Origin: Candidatus Moanibacter sp.
GTDB lineage: Bacteria > Verrucomicrobiota > Verrucomicrobiia > Opitutales > UBA2987
Assembly: GCA_965215885.1 (NCBI GenBank)
Contig: CBDCEW010000104.1
Location: forward strand, 32,001-96,000
Length of the DNA stretch: 64,000 nt
Reading direction: 5' to 3'
Shown piece after piece: positions 52,697 through 62,916 of this stretch; the first letter of the stretch is position 1; each line of letters opens with the position of its first letter. A model generated the notes under the pieces. The model searched no databases. It was not told the DNA's origin and was given only the letters and a program-made list of their open reading frames with translations. The position numbers and the translations under genes are program-made.

Positions 52697-53896
52697 ATGA
52701 ACTATCGCGACTCCGCTTTCCTTGGCAATCACATCCGCAGCATCATCGATTTTTATCATCCCGCATGTATTGACCGTGAGGTTGGCGGCTACATCAACCA
52801 GTTTCTGGATGATGGAACGATTTATGATCGAACAACCAAGCATCTCGTAGGAACCTGCCGATTCATCTACAACTACGCGATAGCCTGGTTGGTCCTTCAG
52901 GACGAAGAATATCGGGACGCTTCGGCCCATGGGTTAAGTTTTCTGCAGGAGGTCCATCGGCAGCCCGACGGAGGTTTCGCCTGGGTTCTACAGGGTCGAG
53001 AGGTTGAAGACGGGACGCGCCACTGCTACGGCCACGCTTTTGTCTTGCTGGCAGCAGCGGGCGCAGCTAAAGCGAGTGTTCCAGGCGCAAAAGAACTCAT
53101 TGCCGAGATTTATGATCTCCTTGAGACCCGTTTCTGGGAATCACCAGCCCAACTTTATGTCGACGAAATCGCAGTCGGTGATTGGAGCGCTATCTCGCCC
53201 TATCGTGGGCAAAACGCCAACATGCACATGTGTGAAGCTATGCTTTGTGCGTTCGAAGCGACGGGCGAAGCGCGCTATCTGGAGCGAGCCCACCTGTTGG
53301 CCAGACGTATCTGCGTGGAGTTGTCCGAGGCCTCAGATGGATTGGTCTGGGAACACTACGCGACCGATTGGAGCCATGATTGGGAATACAATTTAGACGA
53401 TCCGCGGAATCTGTTTCGGCCCTATGGCTATCTTCCCGGTCACTTTGTTGAATGGGCCAAGTTGCTCTTGATACTTGAACGTCACCGCCCGGAAGACTGG
53501 ATGGCACCCAAGGCGCAGCAACTCTTTGACGTGGCGATGGAGAAAAGTTGGGTCCATGAAGGCGGCGGGATGAACTACACCTTTTCCCCCGACGGACGCG
53601 TGCTTGACACGGATCGCTACTATTGGGTGCTTTCCGAGGCCTTCGCATCTGCCGCTGCGCTTGCCATCAGAACCGGTGATGACGATTATTGGGATTGGTA
53701 TGATAAGGTGTGGCAGTATGCGGACAGGCACCTCGTGGATCATGAATATGGTGGATGGTTCCGCGTCTTGAATGTTGAGAACCAGAAGTATAGCGATGAG
53801 AAAAGTCCGCCCTCCAAGACCGACTATCATCCGTTGGCCGCCTGCTATGAGACACTTGTTGCCATGAACCTTGCGGCTAAAGAGAAACTTCAATAA
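52697..53896 (+). CDS. AGE-family epimerase/isomerase (YihS/mannose isomerase-like)
   Basis: YGHAF, QNANMHMCEA, PGHFVEW, YYWVLSE and DYHP motifs. Confidence 0.92.
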   Translation: MNYRDSAFLGNHIRSIIDFYHPACIDREVGGYINQFLDDGTIYDRTTKHLVGTCRFIYNYAIAWLVLQDEEYRDASAHGLSFLQEVHRQPDGGFAWVLQGREVEDGTRHCYGHAFVLLAAAGAAKASVPGAKELIAEIYDLLETRFWESPAQLYVDEIAVGDWSAISPYRGQNANMHMCEAMLCAFEATGEARYLERAHLLARRICVELSEASDGLVWEHYATDWSHDWEYNLDDPRNLFRPYGYLPGHFVEWAKLLLILERHRPEDWMAPKAQQLFDVAMEKSWVHEGGGMNYTFSPDGRVLDTDRYYWVLSEAFASAAALAIRTGDDDYWDWYDKVWQYADRHLVDHEYGGWFRVLNVENQKYSDEKSPPSKTDYHPLAACYETLVAMNLAAKEKLQ

Positions 53897-53918
53897 AATG
53901 TCGTGTTCCCTGGACCCG

Positions 53919-54100
53919 CTAGCCCGGACATTTCACACACTTCGTAGCGAGGTCGCGTAGATTGCTGCCTATCAATGCCTTTCCGCAGAACGGCGGGCGA
54001 CAGTGTGTTAGGACCCTCTGAGGTCGGCGGGCAAGGGAAGGCTTTGATGGGCGGTGAGATCCGCGGTCGTAGCAGAAGATTTGTGAAATGTTCGGGCTAG
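53919..54100. mobile_element. MITE family A, 182 bp (copy 2)
   Basis: Same termini and length as 42888-43069, with internal substitutions. Confidence 0.85.
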
Positions 54101-54197
54101 CCCGCTTTTCTCACAAATTTCCGAGAAGACACTCCCGATAAAAAGATACCTTTCGACACTCTGCCGTACCGCAGAGCCGGCCAAAGAAAAGCGGGCT
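54098..54197. mobile_element. MITE family B abutting MITE A
   Basis: tagcccgcttttctcacaaa...gaaaagcgggct; shares its TAG with the MITE A end. Confidence 0.7.
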
Positions 54198-54199
54198 GA

Positions 54200-54637
54200 C
54201 TAACCGTGGAAGCTACTTTTCAATGCATCAAACCCGCCCTGAAATACGGCACCGCCAATTTGAGCTATCAGGCCCTCTTCTTCTTCTGGCGGACAGTTGA
54301 ATTCCGCGGTCCATTCAGCATAGGTTTCATGGCCATCGGTGATTGGCAAGAGGCGTAATGTGGAGACATAGTTTTCGACTGCCATTGGGGATTCCAGAAT
54401 TGAATAGGTGCAGAGGTAGTTTACATCGCTGAGAGTTAGCAACTGTTCTCGAATGTTCCCGCCATCTTCGAGATTGAAGTTTCTGATACAGCCAACTTTG
54501 TCACTGGGATCGCCATTCTCAATGTGGCTCCCGACAACAGCGGGATGCCAATCGGGCAAGGCATTAAAATCCCGCACCTTTGACCATACATCGTCGATGG
54601 GTGCGTTGATAACAGAACTTACAAAAACTTTTGCCAT
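54200..54637 (-). CDS. SRPBCC (polyketide cyclase-like) protein
   Basis: INAPIDDVWSKVRDF..WHP, VGCIR and EQL motifs. Confidence 0.88.
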   Translation of the reverse strand: MAKVFVSSVINAPIDDVWSKVRDFNALPDWHPAVVGSHIENGDPSDKVGCIRNFNLEDGGNIREQLLTLSDVNYLCTYSILESPMAVENYVSTLRLLPITDGHETYAEWTAEFNCPPEEEEGLIAQIGGAVFQGGFDALKSSFHG

Positions 54638-54847
54638 AGTAATCTCTCCATTTGCCTTTTCAAAAGACTGGTATCTCCTGTAGAGAATTTCCGCAAGTGA
54701 ATCAAATGTGAAATTGCCAGATGTTCTCAATCGCCTTCGAGAGGGCGGAGTGATAGGTGTCATTTTTCGGGGAGTTTGAGATAAATCTGGAGAATTGTAA
54801 TTTTGACTGCAGACGGGAAGAATGCCTCGATTGCGAGCGCATTATTT

Positions 54848-56313
54848 ATGAACAGCCCGAAAGCAGGTTTTGTCGCTTTTCTCGTCGGTCTAACGGCTTG
54901 CTCCTCGCCCGCACCGGAGACTCCTGCGCCGCGCCTGGTGCTCGAAGACTGTTCGCGCGACGTGGGAATTGCCGAGGCGCAGTGTGGCGCGCTTGAGGTC
55001 TTTGAGGATCGAAGCGCCGGCACGGGCAGAAAAATCGCGCTGAATATCTTGGTGCTGCCGGCTGTCAATCGCGATCCGAAGCCGGACCCGCTCTTCTTTC
55101 TTGCAGGCGGGCCCGGCGTAGGCGCAACGGAGATTGCGAAGATGGTGAGTTCGGTTTTCCGGCAGACCAACCGCAAGCGGGATATCGTGCTGGTGGACCA
55201 GCGCGGCACAGGGTCCTCCAATCCTCTGGACTGCGGGTTTGACGAGCTGGATTTCGCCGCCCGCTTCGAGATCGAACCCCGAGTCGAAGAACTCCAAGCC
55301 TGCCTGGACAGCCTCGATGCGGACCCGCGTCTCTACACCACGCCGATCGCCATGGACGACCTCGAACGAGGTGCGCGAGGCCTTAGGGTACGAACTCGTT
55401 AACCTTTATGGCGGTTCCTATGGCACGCGAGCGGCCTTGGTCTATATGCGCCGCCATCCGCGGCACGTGCGTGCGGTCGTTCTCGATGGATTGGCGCCGC
55501 CTTCGATCAAGCTGCCGCTTAATATGGGAGAGGACGCGGCCGGCGAGCCCTCGATAGGATGCTGGCTGACTGCGAGGCGGAGGAGAGCTGCCGCGATGCA
55601 TTTCCCGATATCCGCACGAAGTTCAACGAATTATTAGAACGTCTCGAGAAGAAGCCGGAAAAGCTGGTTTTGCCAGATCCCCACACAGGCGCCGAGAGCG
55701 AGGTCGAGATCCACCGCCTGCTCGTGGCGGTCCTGGTGCGGGGAGCGCTCTACAGCACAGAGGCGAGTTCGTTGTTGCCCTTGCTGATCGAGCGCGCCCA
55801 CTCCGGCGACTTTCGTCCTCTCGTGGCCATGGGTGCATCTTGGGAAAGGGTCGAGTCCCTTATGAGCCAGGGCCTGTCGCTCTCGGTGGTGTGCAGCGAG
55901 GATGTGGCGATGATTTCACAGGAGGACCGTGAGCGGGCGCTTTCCGACAGCTTTTTTCGCGCGGAGTTGCTCGACCTTTTAAAAGAGGCCTGTGGCCCAA
56001 AGGAGAGTTGCCTGAAGGTTATCACGATCCGGTTGTCTCTGATTTGCCCGTGCTGCTGCTTTCTGGCGAATTCGATCCGGTGACGCCGCCGCGCTGGGGT
56101 GAGGAGGTCAGCAGCCATCTTTCGGCGGCGCGCCATATCGTGGTCCCCGGTGTAGGGCACGGCACGCTCGCCTACGGCTGCGTGCCCAGGCTCATGGACG
56201 AGTTCATTGAAAAAGGAAGCGCAGAAGAACTCGATGCCGCATGTGTCAACCGGCTGCACCGCCTTCCATTCTTCAGCAGCAATACCGGTCCCCGGGTTGG
56301 GAGGAAAAATTGA
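54848..56313 (+). pseudogene. TAP-like alpha/beta hydrolase (S33 peptidase) lipoprotein with three frameshifts
   Basis: LAGGPG, DQRGTG, GGSYGT, DPVTPP and GHG are spread over four ORF fragments (breaks near 55365, 55545 and 55995). Confidence 0.85.
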
Positions 56314-57041
56314 TAGAGGCTGAGAAAGTCCACAAGCGCTTCGGAAAGGTCATTGCTGTGGACGAGGTCTCTTTCACTGCGCCGGATGGGGTGGTTACGG
56401 GCCTGCTCGGCCCCAATGGCGCGGGCAAGACGACGACGCTGCGCATGCTCTACGGGCTGATTGCACCCGATGGCGGGCAGGTACGGGTCGATGGTATCGA
56501 TGTGGGCCGTGACCCGCTTGCGGCCCAGGCACGGATTGGGGTTTTACCGGACACACAGGGTCTCTATCAGCGATTCACAGCGCGCGAGCACGTACGTTAT
56601 TTCGGACAATTGCAGGGCTTGTGCGGAGATGAGCTGGAAGAGCGTACCGAGGAACTGATAGAGCTGCTTAACATGCGCGACATCGCCGACCGAAGGGCCC
56701 AGGGATTTTCCCACGGTGAGCGCATGAAGGTGGCTCTGGCGCGCGCCCTGGTGCACAGACCAAAGAATGTGCTCCTCGACGAGCCTACCAACGGCTTGGA
56801 CGTGATGAGTACCCGGGCAGTGCGCCAACTGATTCGCAGTATGCGCGACGAGGGCAGATGCGTGCTCTTTTCGAGTCATATCATGCAGGAGGTCTCCACT
56901 TTGTGCGACTCCATCGCGATCATTGCAGGTGGAAAAATCGTGGCGAATGGCACGCCCGATGAACTGTTGGAACAGAGCGGCCACAGAAATCTCGAGGACG
57001 CGTTTGTGGTTTTGAGCGGCATCGACGAGGCACCGGCATGA
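56310..57041 (+). CDS. ABC exporter ATP-binding subunit (NatA-like)
   Basis: GPNGAGKTT, FSHG, LLDEPTNGLD and SSH motifs; TTG start overlaps the upstream TGA. Confidence 0.93.
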   Translation: MIEAEKVHKRFGKVIAVDEVSFTAPDGVVTGLLGPNGAGKTTTLRMLYGLIAPDGGQVRVDGIDVGRDPLAAQARIGVLPDTQGLYQRFTAREHVRYFGQLQGLCGDELEERTEELIELLNMRDIADRRAQGFSHGERMKVALARALVHRPKNVLLDEPTNGLDVMSTRAVRQLIRSMRDEGRCVLFSSHIMQEVSTLCDSIAIIAGGKIVANGTPDELLEQSGHRNLEDAFVVLSGIDEAPA

Positions 57042-58204
57042 ATGCGGTGAAGGTAGTGTTCCGCAAGGAGATGGTGGATGGTCTGCGCGACAGCCGCTCG
57101 CTCTTTTCCGCTCTTCTCTTTCCGATTTTGGGTCCCGCATTGATGATATTCATTTACAACATGGCCGCGGAAAAGGTGCGCGAGCCAGAGCAGTTGGAAC
57201 TGCCCGTCATCGGATCGGAGTATGCCCCGACTTTGATCGATTGGATGGATCAGAAGGATGTGGAGGTGGTCGAGGGGCCGGAGGATCCTCATGCAGCCGT
57301 TCGCGACCGCGAAGTCGATCTGGTGCTGGTGATCTCCGAGGATTTTGGCGATGATTTTGCCAAAGGCCGAACGGCCAAGGTCGAGTTGGTCATCGATAGT
57401 TCGAACGACGATGCAGGTCCCAAGGAGCGCAGGGTTCGGAGGGTGGTCGGCGCATATGAGAAACTAATAGGCAATCTTCGCCTGGTCGCCCGCGGGATCA
57501 GTCCCGAAGTGGTGAATCCGATAGAGATCGAGGAGGTAGAGATAGCCAGCTCGCAGAAACTATCCGCCAGAATCCTGAGATTCATTCCCATGTACGTGCT
57601 GCTGGCAGCTTTCATAGCGGGCATGAATATAGCGGTGGATGCAACGGCTGGCGAGCGCGAGCGCGGCTCACTCGAGTCCCTCTTGGTGAATCCCGTGACG
57701 CGCACGGCCATTGTCTTGGGTAAATGGCTGGCGGCCGTGGTATTCGCCTGCTTCGGGGTGTTGCTCACGCTTGGTTCCTGTCTGATCGGCCTCGAGCAGA
57801 TGACGCTGCGGGATATGGGCATGCGGTTCGATTTTGGGGTCTCAGAGGCAATCGGCATTCTGGCGGCCACCCTGCCCTTGTCTCTTCTGGCGGCAGGTCT
57901 TCAAGTGCTGGTCGCGACTTTTGCGCGCTCCTTCAAAGAGGCGCAGATGTATTTGTCGATGCTGATGTTCCTTCCGATGGTTCCCGGTATTACCTTCACC
58001 ATTCATTCGATCAGCAGCGAAGTCTGGATGTACCCCATTCCGATTGTGGGGCAGCAGGCATTGCTCACCGATGTGCTCAGCGGCGAGGCGCCAGGATTGG
58101 TGTTCTTCATTTTGGCGGGGCTTTCCTCCCTGCTGGCCGGCTTGCTCTGCGTAGGATTGACGGCAAAGCTGTTCCAGCGCGAAGGGATCATCTTTGGGCG
58201 ATGA
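57038..58204 (+). CDS. ABC-2 permease (NatB-like)
   Basis: KE..D..RD, AGERERGSLESLL..P, GKW and ARSFKEAQ motifs; multiple transmembrane helices. Confidence 0.92.
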   Translation: MNAVKVVFRKEMVDGLRDSRSLFSALLFPILGPALMIFIYNMAAEKVREPEQLELPVIGSEYAPTLIDWMDQKDVEVVEGPEDPHAAVRDREVDLVLVISEDFGDDFAKGRTAKVELVIDSSNDDAGPKERRVRRVVGAYEKLIGNLRLVARGISPEVVNPIEIEEVEIASSQKLSARILRFIPMYVLLAAFIAGMNIAVDATAGERERGSLESLLVNPVTRTAIVLGKWLAAVVFACFGVLLTLGSCLIGLEQMTLRDMGMRFDFGVSEAIGILAATLPLSLLAAGLQVLVATFARSFKEAQMYLSMLMFLPMVPGITFTIHSISSEVWMYPIPIVGQQALLTDVLSGEAPGLVFFILAGLSSLLAGLLCVGLTAKLFQREGIIFGR

Positions 58205-58285
58205 ACTTGGTAATTCTCGGTCCACGGCGGGCCGGGAAAGGGAGTTTTCATTAAGAAATTGATAAGGTCTTGCGTATTTGGTCTA

Positions 58286-59254
58286 TCAACCACGCTTGAG
58301 TACGGTCAGGTCTAAGGGATTGGACCAGGCCTTGGACCCGTCCGGTCCTATTACCTCGAATCGCGCCCACCGAGCGTTTGGTCTTAAGAGGAATTGGGCG
58401 GTCTCAAAGGTCTTTCCCGGCTCCCGGTATTCCACCCCGACGACATCGTGCACCGCAGCGACTCGCTGGGCCTCGGAGCATCGGACGGTCGCTTCGACTA
58501 CCCGCTTTTCGTCTCCCGGCTGGTCCACACGCCTCACTTGGATGTCGTGGATCTCGGGTCCGGTGCTGCCATAGCTAACGCCGTATCTGAGGGCTTCGCA
58601 CACAGCCTCAGTCGTGCGTTCCTTAACCCGCACCATGGTCCACCCCTGGTAGGTGTCCTTCTCCTCGTGATCGTAAGCGTGGGAATCGTCGTTGACCAGG
58701 GCGGGGTAGAGCCGGTTTTCCATTTCCATCCAATCGTCCCAATGCACCGACGACTCACCGCGTCCGTAGGTGCGACAGAGGGTATTAAATACTTCGATGC
58801 CGGCGAGCCCTCGCAGGGGCAGGGTGTCTCGCATGATTTTCACCGAACTCCAGTGGGGATGGGCCAGCCAGATGGAGCCGCCCTGCTCGTTGACGCGGTC
58901 GATCACGTGCTGTGGATGCATGTTTCCCGAATCCATGTCTTCGTGGATGTTCAGGCACAGAAAGTGGTGCTTCTTGCCGCCGAAAGGGTTTTCCGGATGC
59001 AATTCCGCGCCTTGCACGAGGACGAATTCGTCAGGCGCCTTGACGGTTTCGATTCGAGTGATGGTGTAGTGATCGGAGAGGCAGAGAAAGTCGTATCCCT
59101 GAGCGACATAGCCGTCGAGTCGTTCCTGTGGCGAGGGCCTTCCGTCCGAATTAGTGGTATGAGAATGCAGATTACCCTTGAGCCAGACATAACCTTCGTT
59201 CGCCTGCAGGTCAAAAGGGCTCCTTAGTTCATTAGCCGGTCTATTCGTTGCCAT
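58286..59254 (-). CDS. PHP-domain metallohydrolase (CehA/McbA-like)
   Basis: GNLHSHTTNSDG, SDH, AHPHWS, EVFN and DDSH motifs. Confidence 0.88.
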   Translation of the reverse strand: MATNRPANELRSPFDLQANEGYVWLKGNLHSHTTNSDGRPSPQERLDGYVAQGYDFLCLSDHYTITRIETVKAPDEFVLVQGAELHPENPFGGKKHHFLCLNIHEDMDSGNMHPQHVIDRVNEQGGSIWLAHPHWSSVKIMRDTLPLRGLAGIEVFNTLCRTYGRGESSVHWDDWMEMENRLYPALVNDDSHAYDHEEKDTYQGWTMVRVKERTTEAVCEALRYGVSYGSTGPEIHDIQVRRVDQPGDEKRVVEATVRCSEAQRVAAVHDVVGVEYREPGKTFETAQFLLRPNARWARFEVIGPDGSKAWSNPLDLTVLKRG

Positions 59255-59281
59255 GTGCGTGCTTCTCGAGTTATTGAAACA

Positions 59282-59485
59282 ATGGAATCAAGAGAGGAAG
59301 TCGATAGAATATACAACGATGTAATCAAAGCACTTCTGGATGTTACCATAGAAGACCCTCCCGTTGACTGTCCTGAATACCACTATGATGAGTATTATGC
59401 CGCCTATTTCCGTGATCCCGATGGAGCGAAGCTAGAGATGGTTTATGCGTCACCGGAGAATTCTAAGAGATATCGTCTAACCTGA
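59282..59485 (+). pseudogene. VOC/glyoxalase C-terminal fragment
   Basis: SREEVD...YYAAYFRDPDGAKLEMVY; the N-terminal half is absent. Confidence 0.7.
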
Positions 59486-59607
59486 GGAAGGCGCGCGAAA
59501 AGCGTTGTTAAATGTTGCCTCAATCACCAGGCGACCAACTTGGGGAATATTCCGAAAAACCAAATCCGCTTTTTTGGCACATTAGATGCGTAAACCTTCA
59601 ATTCGGC

Positions 59608-59670
59608 TTTAATCTGATAGAGGATTCGGTAATTGCCTTGGCGAATCCGATATTTCTCTTCACCGGAAAG
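59608..59670 (-). pseudogene. RelE/StbE toxin fragment
   Basis: Manual translation LSGEEKYRIRQGNYRILYQIK matches the RelE YRIRxGxYRIxY signature. Confidence 0.6.
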
Positions 59671-59686
59671 TTACTTCACGCTTCAT

Positions 59687-61201
59687 TCAGTCAATCGTTA
59701 CCTGGCTTCCCCACCAGTCTTCATTCGGCTGCCAATCAGGGTCCAGGTATTCGGCGTGTTGTACTTCGAGCTTTGGCATAAACTCCTGCTCCAGACTTTT
59801 CAATCTTGCTTCTTCTTTTTCAGGGTCGTATTGCGTGTCCGGAACGGGGAATCTGGCATCGACTTCGACGAGCCAGCCGTCCAAACGTTGGCGCAGCTCG
59901 GACGCCTTCTCCCCGTTGTCCGCAGACAGATCGTTCTGCTCACCAGGATCGGAATCCAGGTTGTACAGTTCATCATGACCATCTTCATGGTAGTGGATAA
60001 GTTTCCACGGGCCATTTCTGATGATCGATGAGGGGTCCCCTCCCTGGTTGCCGTAGTGTGGGTAGTGCCAGAATAGATCGCGTTCGGCCATCTCCCGGTC
60101 CTGCTCACCTTTCAACAGCGAAACCATGCTCCTGCCATCGATAACCTGCTCACGCGGGATGGGGATTCGGGCAAGCTCCATGATCGTAGGGTAGAAATCG
60201 ATCCCCGTAACCGGGACGTCACAGCTCGAACCGGGCTTAATCAGCTCCGGAAACCTGAAATAATACGGCTCACGAATTCCTCCCTCCCACTGGCGTCCCT
60301 TGCCACCTCTTAGCGGCAGCATGGAGGAAGAATAAGAATCGCCGGACGACACCCCGCCGTTGTCCGAGGTAAAACAGACGATCGTGTTTTCGGACAGTCC
60401 ATGCTGGTCCAGGGTATCGAGGACGAGGCCGACGGCGTCATCCATCGCCTCAATCATGCCCGCATAGATCGGGCAGTCTTGAACCTGCCGAACCGGTAAG
60501 TTTCTGTCGAAGACAAAACGTGAGTCAGTCGGTCCCCGAGCGATCGCTTTTCTCCGAAACTTCTCCCATCTCTCCCTGCTTGTCTGTATCGGCCCATGGA
60601 CCGAATAGAACGACAGATAGGCTAGGAATGGTTCATCCTTATTGTCGCCGATGAACTGCGACGTTTCCCGGCCAAGCCGCAAGGGAAGCGACTCTCCATC
60701 CGGACCAGGCTCGAGCTTCGGGTTGATCCACGGGGCAAAATAACCGCCTTTCGGCGAACCGATACTCCAGCCGCCCTTGTTGATTTCGAACCCAAAATCT
60801 TCAGGATAGGCTCCCTCATCCCCAAGATGCCATTTCCCCGCGAAAAAGGTTCGGTACCCCGAACGACGGAATGCTTCTGCAAAGGTGATCTCTCCTTCAC
60901 GAAGGCCGTGCTCGTACTCAGGGGGGAGCATCTTGTTGGACCGGCCGGCTTCTCTCCAGAGTTCGCCAGACCGTGCGCCGATCCAATCTGTAATTCCGTG
61001 CCTCGGCGGATACTTCCCTGTCAGAATGCTCGCACGTGACGGACTGCAGACCTGACAGGTCGCATAGCCCTGCGTAAATCGCATTCCCTCCAATGCGATG
61101 CGGTCGATGTTCGGGCTTTCATAGAAGCTACTGCCTCCCACTCCGAGATCACACCAACCCAGGTCGTCCGCCAGAATGAAAAGAAGATTGGGTCGTTTCA
61201 T
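59687..61201 (-). CDS. Formylglycine-dependent sulfatase (S1)
   Basis: PNLLFILADDLG, CSPSRAS, GKWHLG, SDNGG and WEGGIR motifs. Confidence 0.95.
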   Translation of the reverse strand: MKRPNLLFILADDLGWCDLGVGGSSFYESPNIDRIALEGMRFTQGYATCQVCSPSRASILTGKYPPRHGITDWIGARSGELWREAGRSNKMLPPEYEHGLREGEITFAEAFRRSGYRTFFAGKWHLGDEGAYPEDFGFEINKGGWSIGSPKGGYFAPWINPKLEPGPDGESLPLRLGRETSQFIGDNKDEPFLAYLSFYSVHGPIQTSRERWEKFRRKAIARGPTDSRFVFDRNLPVRQVQDCPIYAGMIEAMDDAVGLVLDTLDQHGLSENTIVCFTSDNGGVSSGDSYSSSMLPLRGGKGRQWEGGIREPYYFRFPELIKPGSSCDVPVTGIDFYPTIMELARIPIPREQVIDGRSMVSLLKGEQDREMAERDLFWHYPHYGNQGGDPSSIIRNGPWKLIHYHEDGHDELYNLDSDPGEQNDLSADNGEKASELRQRLDGWLVEVDARFPVPDTQYDPEKEEARLKSLEQEFMPKLEVQHAEYLDPDWQPNEDWWGSQVTID

Positions 61202-61609
61202 ATATTTTATCCTTCGCTCTTCTTGCTAATTACGGAGTTTAAACAGACGTCCCCGGACCTGACTACGCACCGTCCAGCATCCCGCTGGGCAGAGCTACGG
61301 CGTGGCAAGGGGGCCGCCTGCCTCGGCGCAGTCGCGCATCGCGCTTCGTAGACGGGTTCCACCACTAATGTCTCTGCCGTACGGCAGAGTGGATCGGGCG
61401 CTCCGCGCACGATGATGCTGAGGGCAGGCCGCGCACGATGATGCTACCGGCTCCTCGCCCAAGTAAGCGTTTTCCTTCAACAGTTGTTCTGGCAGAAACC
61501 GCATCTATATTCTCCCTGAATCCTACAACCTTTTCACGATGACATTTTCTCAATTTCTCTCCTGCTATAAAATGGGTATTCAAATTTGTATGCGCATTCG
61601 TATGCCTCC

Positions 61610-61828
61610 GTCGACCTTAGATCACGATTAGGATCACGACAAGGGATCGAAAATGCCTCCCCTCTCTAATCGTGTCTCATAATCGTGATTTACAGTCGAT
61701 CTTTCTCTCCTTTCGAATTTAGATCACGATAGAAAATCTAAGCGGTCTCCAGTCTGCCATCGTGAATCCTAATCGTGATCTCCCGTCGATCGATTTCAGA
61801 TCACGATTAGGAGCTACGACAGAAGGAG
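61610..61828. repeat. GATCACGATT composite repeat family, inverted copy
   Basis: Reverse complement matches the 27855 and 29770 units (catcgtgaatcctaatcgtgatctcccgtcgatc; cagatcacgattaggagctacgacagaag). Confidence 0.75.
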
Positions 61829-61892
61829 GAACTTATTCTCACTTTCCTTCGTCATTGACATCTATTTTTCACTGTCCTCACTACTACAACAT

Positions 61893-62735
61893 ATGCCGAC
61901 CGAAATGGAGGAGTATCTGTTCGATCTTCGTGGCTACCTGATGCTCGAGGGAGCGGTCGACGCGGAGCACCTTGTGGAGATAAATGCCATCGTCGATACT
62001 TACCGAGGCATGGAGCCAGGCGAATGGCGGGGTTGGGTGAGACGATCGCCGAACATCTCGACGAAGTTGAATCTTCACCAGGTGTTCGAGATGGGCGAGC
62101 CCTTCGAGCGGCTGATCGACCACCCCGCGTGGGTCGAGCGTATCAACCGGTTTGTGGGCGGAGACGATGGGCTTTTCATCGACGAATCATTTGTGGACGT
62201 CCGCGAAAGAAGCAGGGCCACACGACTCCACTCGGGAGCACACAAACGGCGCATCCGCACGCAGTTTCGGTATCACAACGGCCAGTTTCGGTGCGGGATA
62301 GTCAATATTCTGCTGGCTCTGACAGACGTGGGTCCCGGCGATGGCGCGACGATGGTGATTCCCGGCAGCCACAAGTCGAACATTATCCACCCCGCGTTTG
62401 GAAGCGGACAGATTGCTCCCGGGAAGGGTTCGGGAACAGACAAGAATCGAGAAGATACGGGATTGGAGGAGGTCGAGGGCGCCCTCGAGGTCCACTACAA
62501 GGCGGGCGACGCGCTTTTGTTCGTTGATTGTATGGCGCACGGTTCGGCCCAACGTATCAACGATGGCGAGCGCCGAATCGTGATTATTCGTTACGGTCCG
62601 CATTGGGGATTCGACCGCTACGGCTACCAGCCGTCACCCGAACTGATCGCCCGGTTAACCCCCGAGCGCCGAAAGATTATACAACCGCTGCCGCCACTCC
62701 AGCCGCCCGATCACCCTTCGATCTATCCCTCCTAA
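61893..62735 (+). CDS. PhyH-family Fe/2OG enzyme with a non-canonical H-x-G motif
   Basis: YLFDLRGY, LHSG, DGATMVIPGSHK and AHGS...RR motifs. Confidence 0.88.
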   Translation: MPTEMEEYLFDLRGYLMLEGAVDAEHLVEINAIVDTYRGMEPGEWRGWVRRSPNISTKLNLHQVFEMGEPFERLIDHPAWVERINRFVGGDDGLFIDESFVDVRERSRATRLHSGAHKRRIRTQFRYHNGQFRCGIVNILLALTDVGPGDGATMVIPGSHKSNIIHPAFGSGQIAPGKGSGTDKNREDTGLEEVEGALEVHYKAGDALLFVDCMAHGSAQRINDGERRIVIIRYGPHWGFDRYGYQPSPELIARLTPERRKIIQPLPPLQPPDHPSIYPS

Positions 62736-62916
62736 ACTCTAGGTTGTAGCGGAAAGCGGCAGCTTTTCGTCTTCCAAGACGCTCTTGTTCCGAGCCCGCG
62801 CGATAAGCCGAGCGCTCGAAAGACGATTTCCTATGAATCATCGGTTGCGACAACGGGGCGATAGAAAAGGCGCATAGTGGCCATGGCGTCGATGGGTTCG
62901 TTGTTGGATTCCTGTT

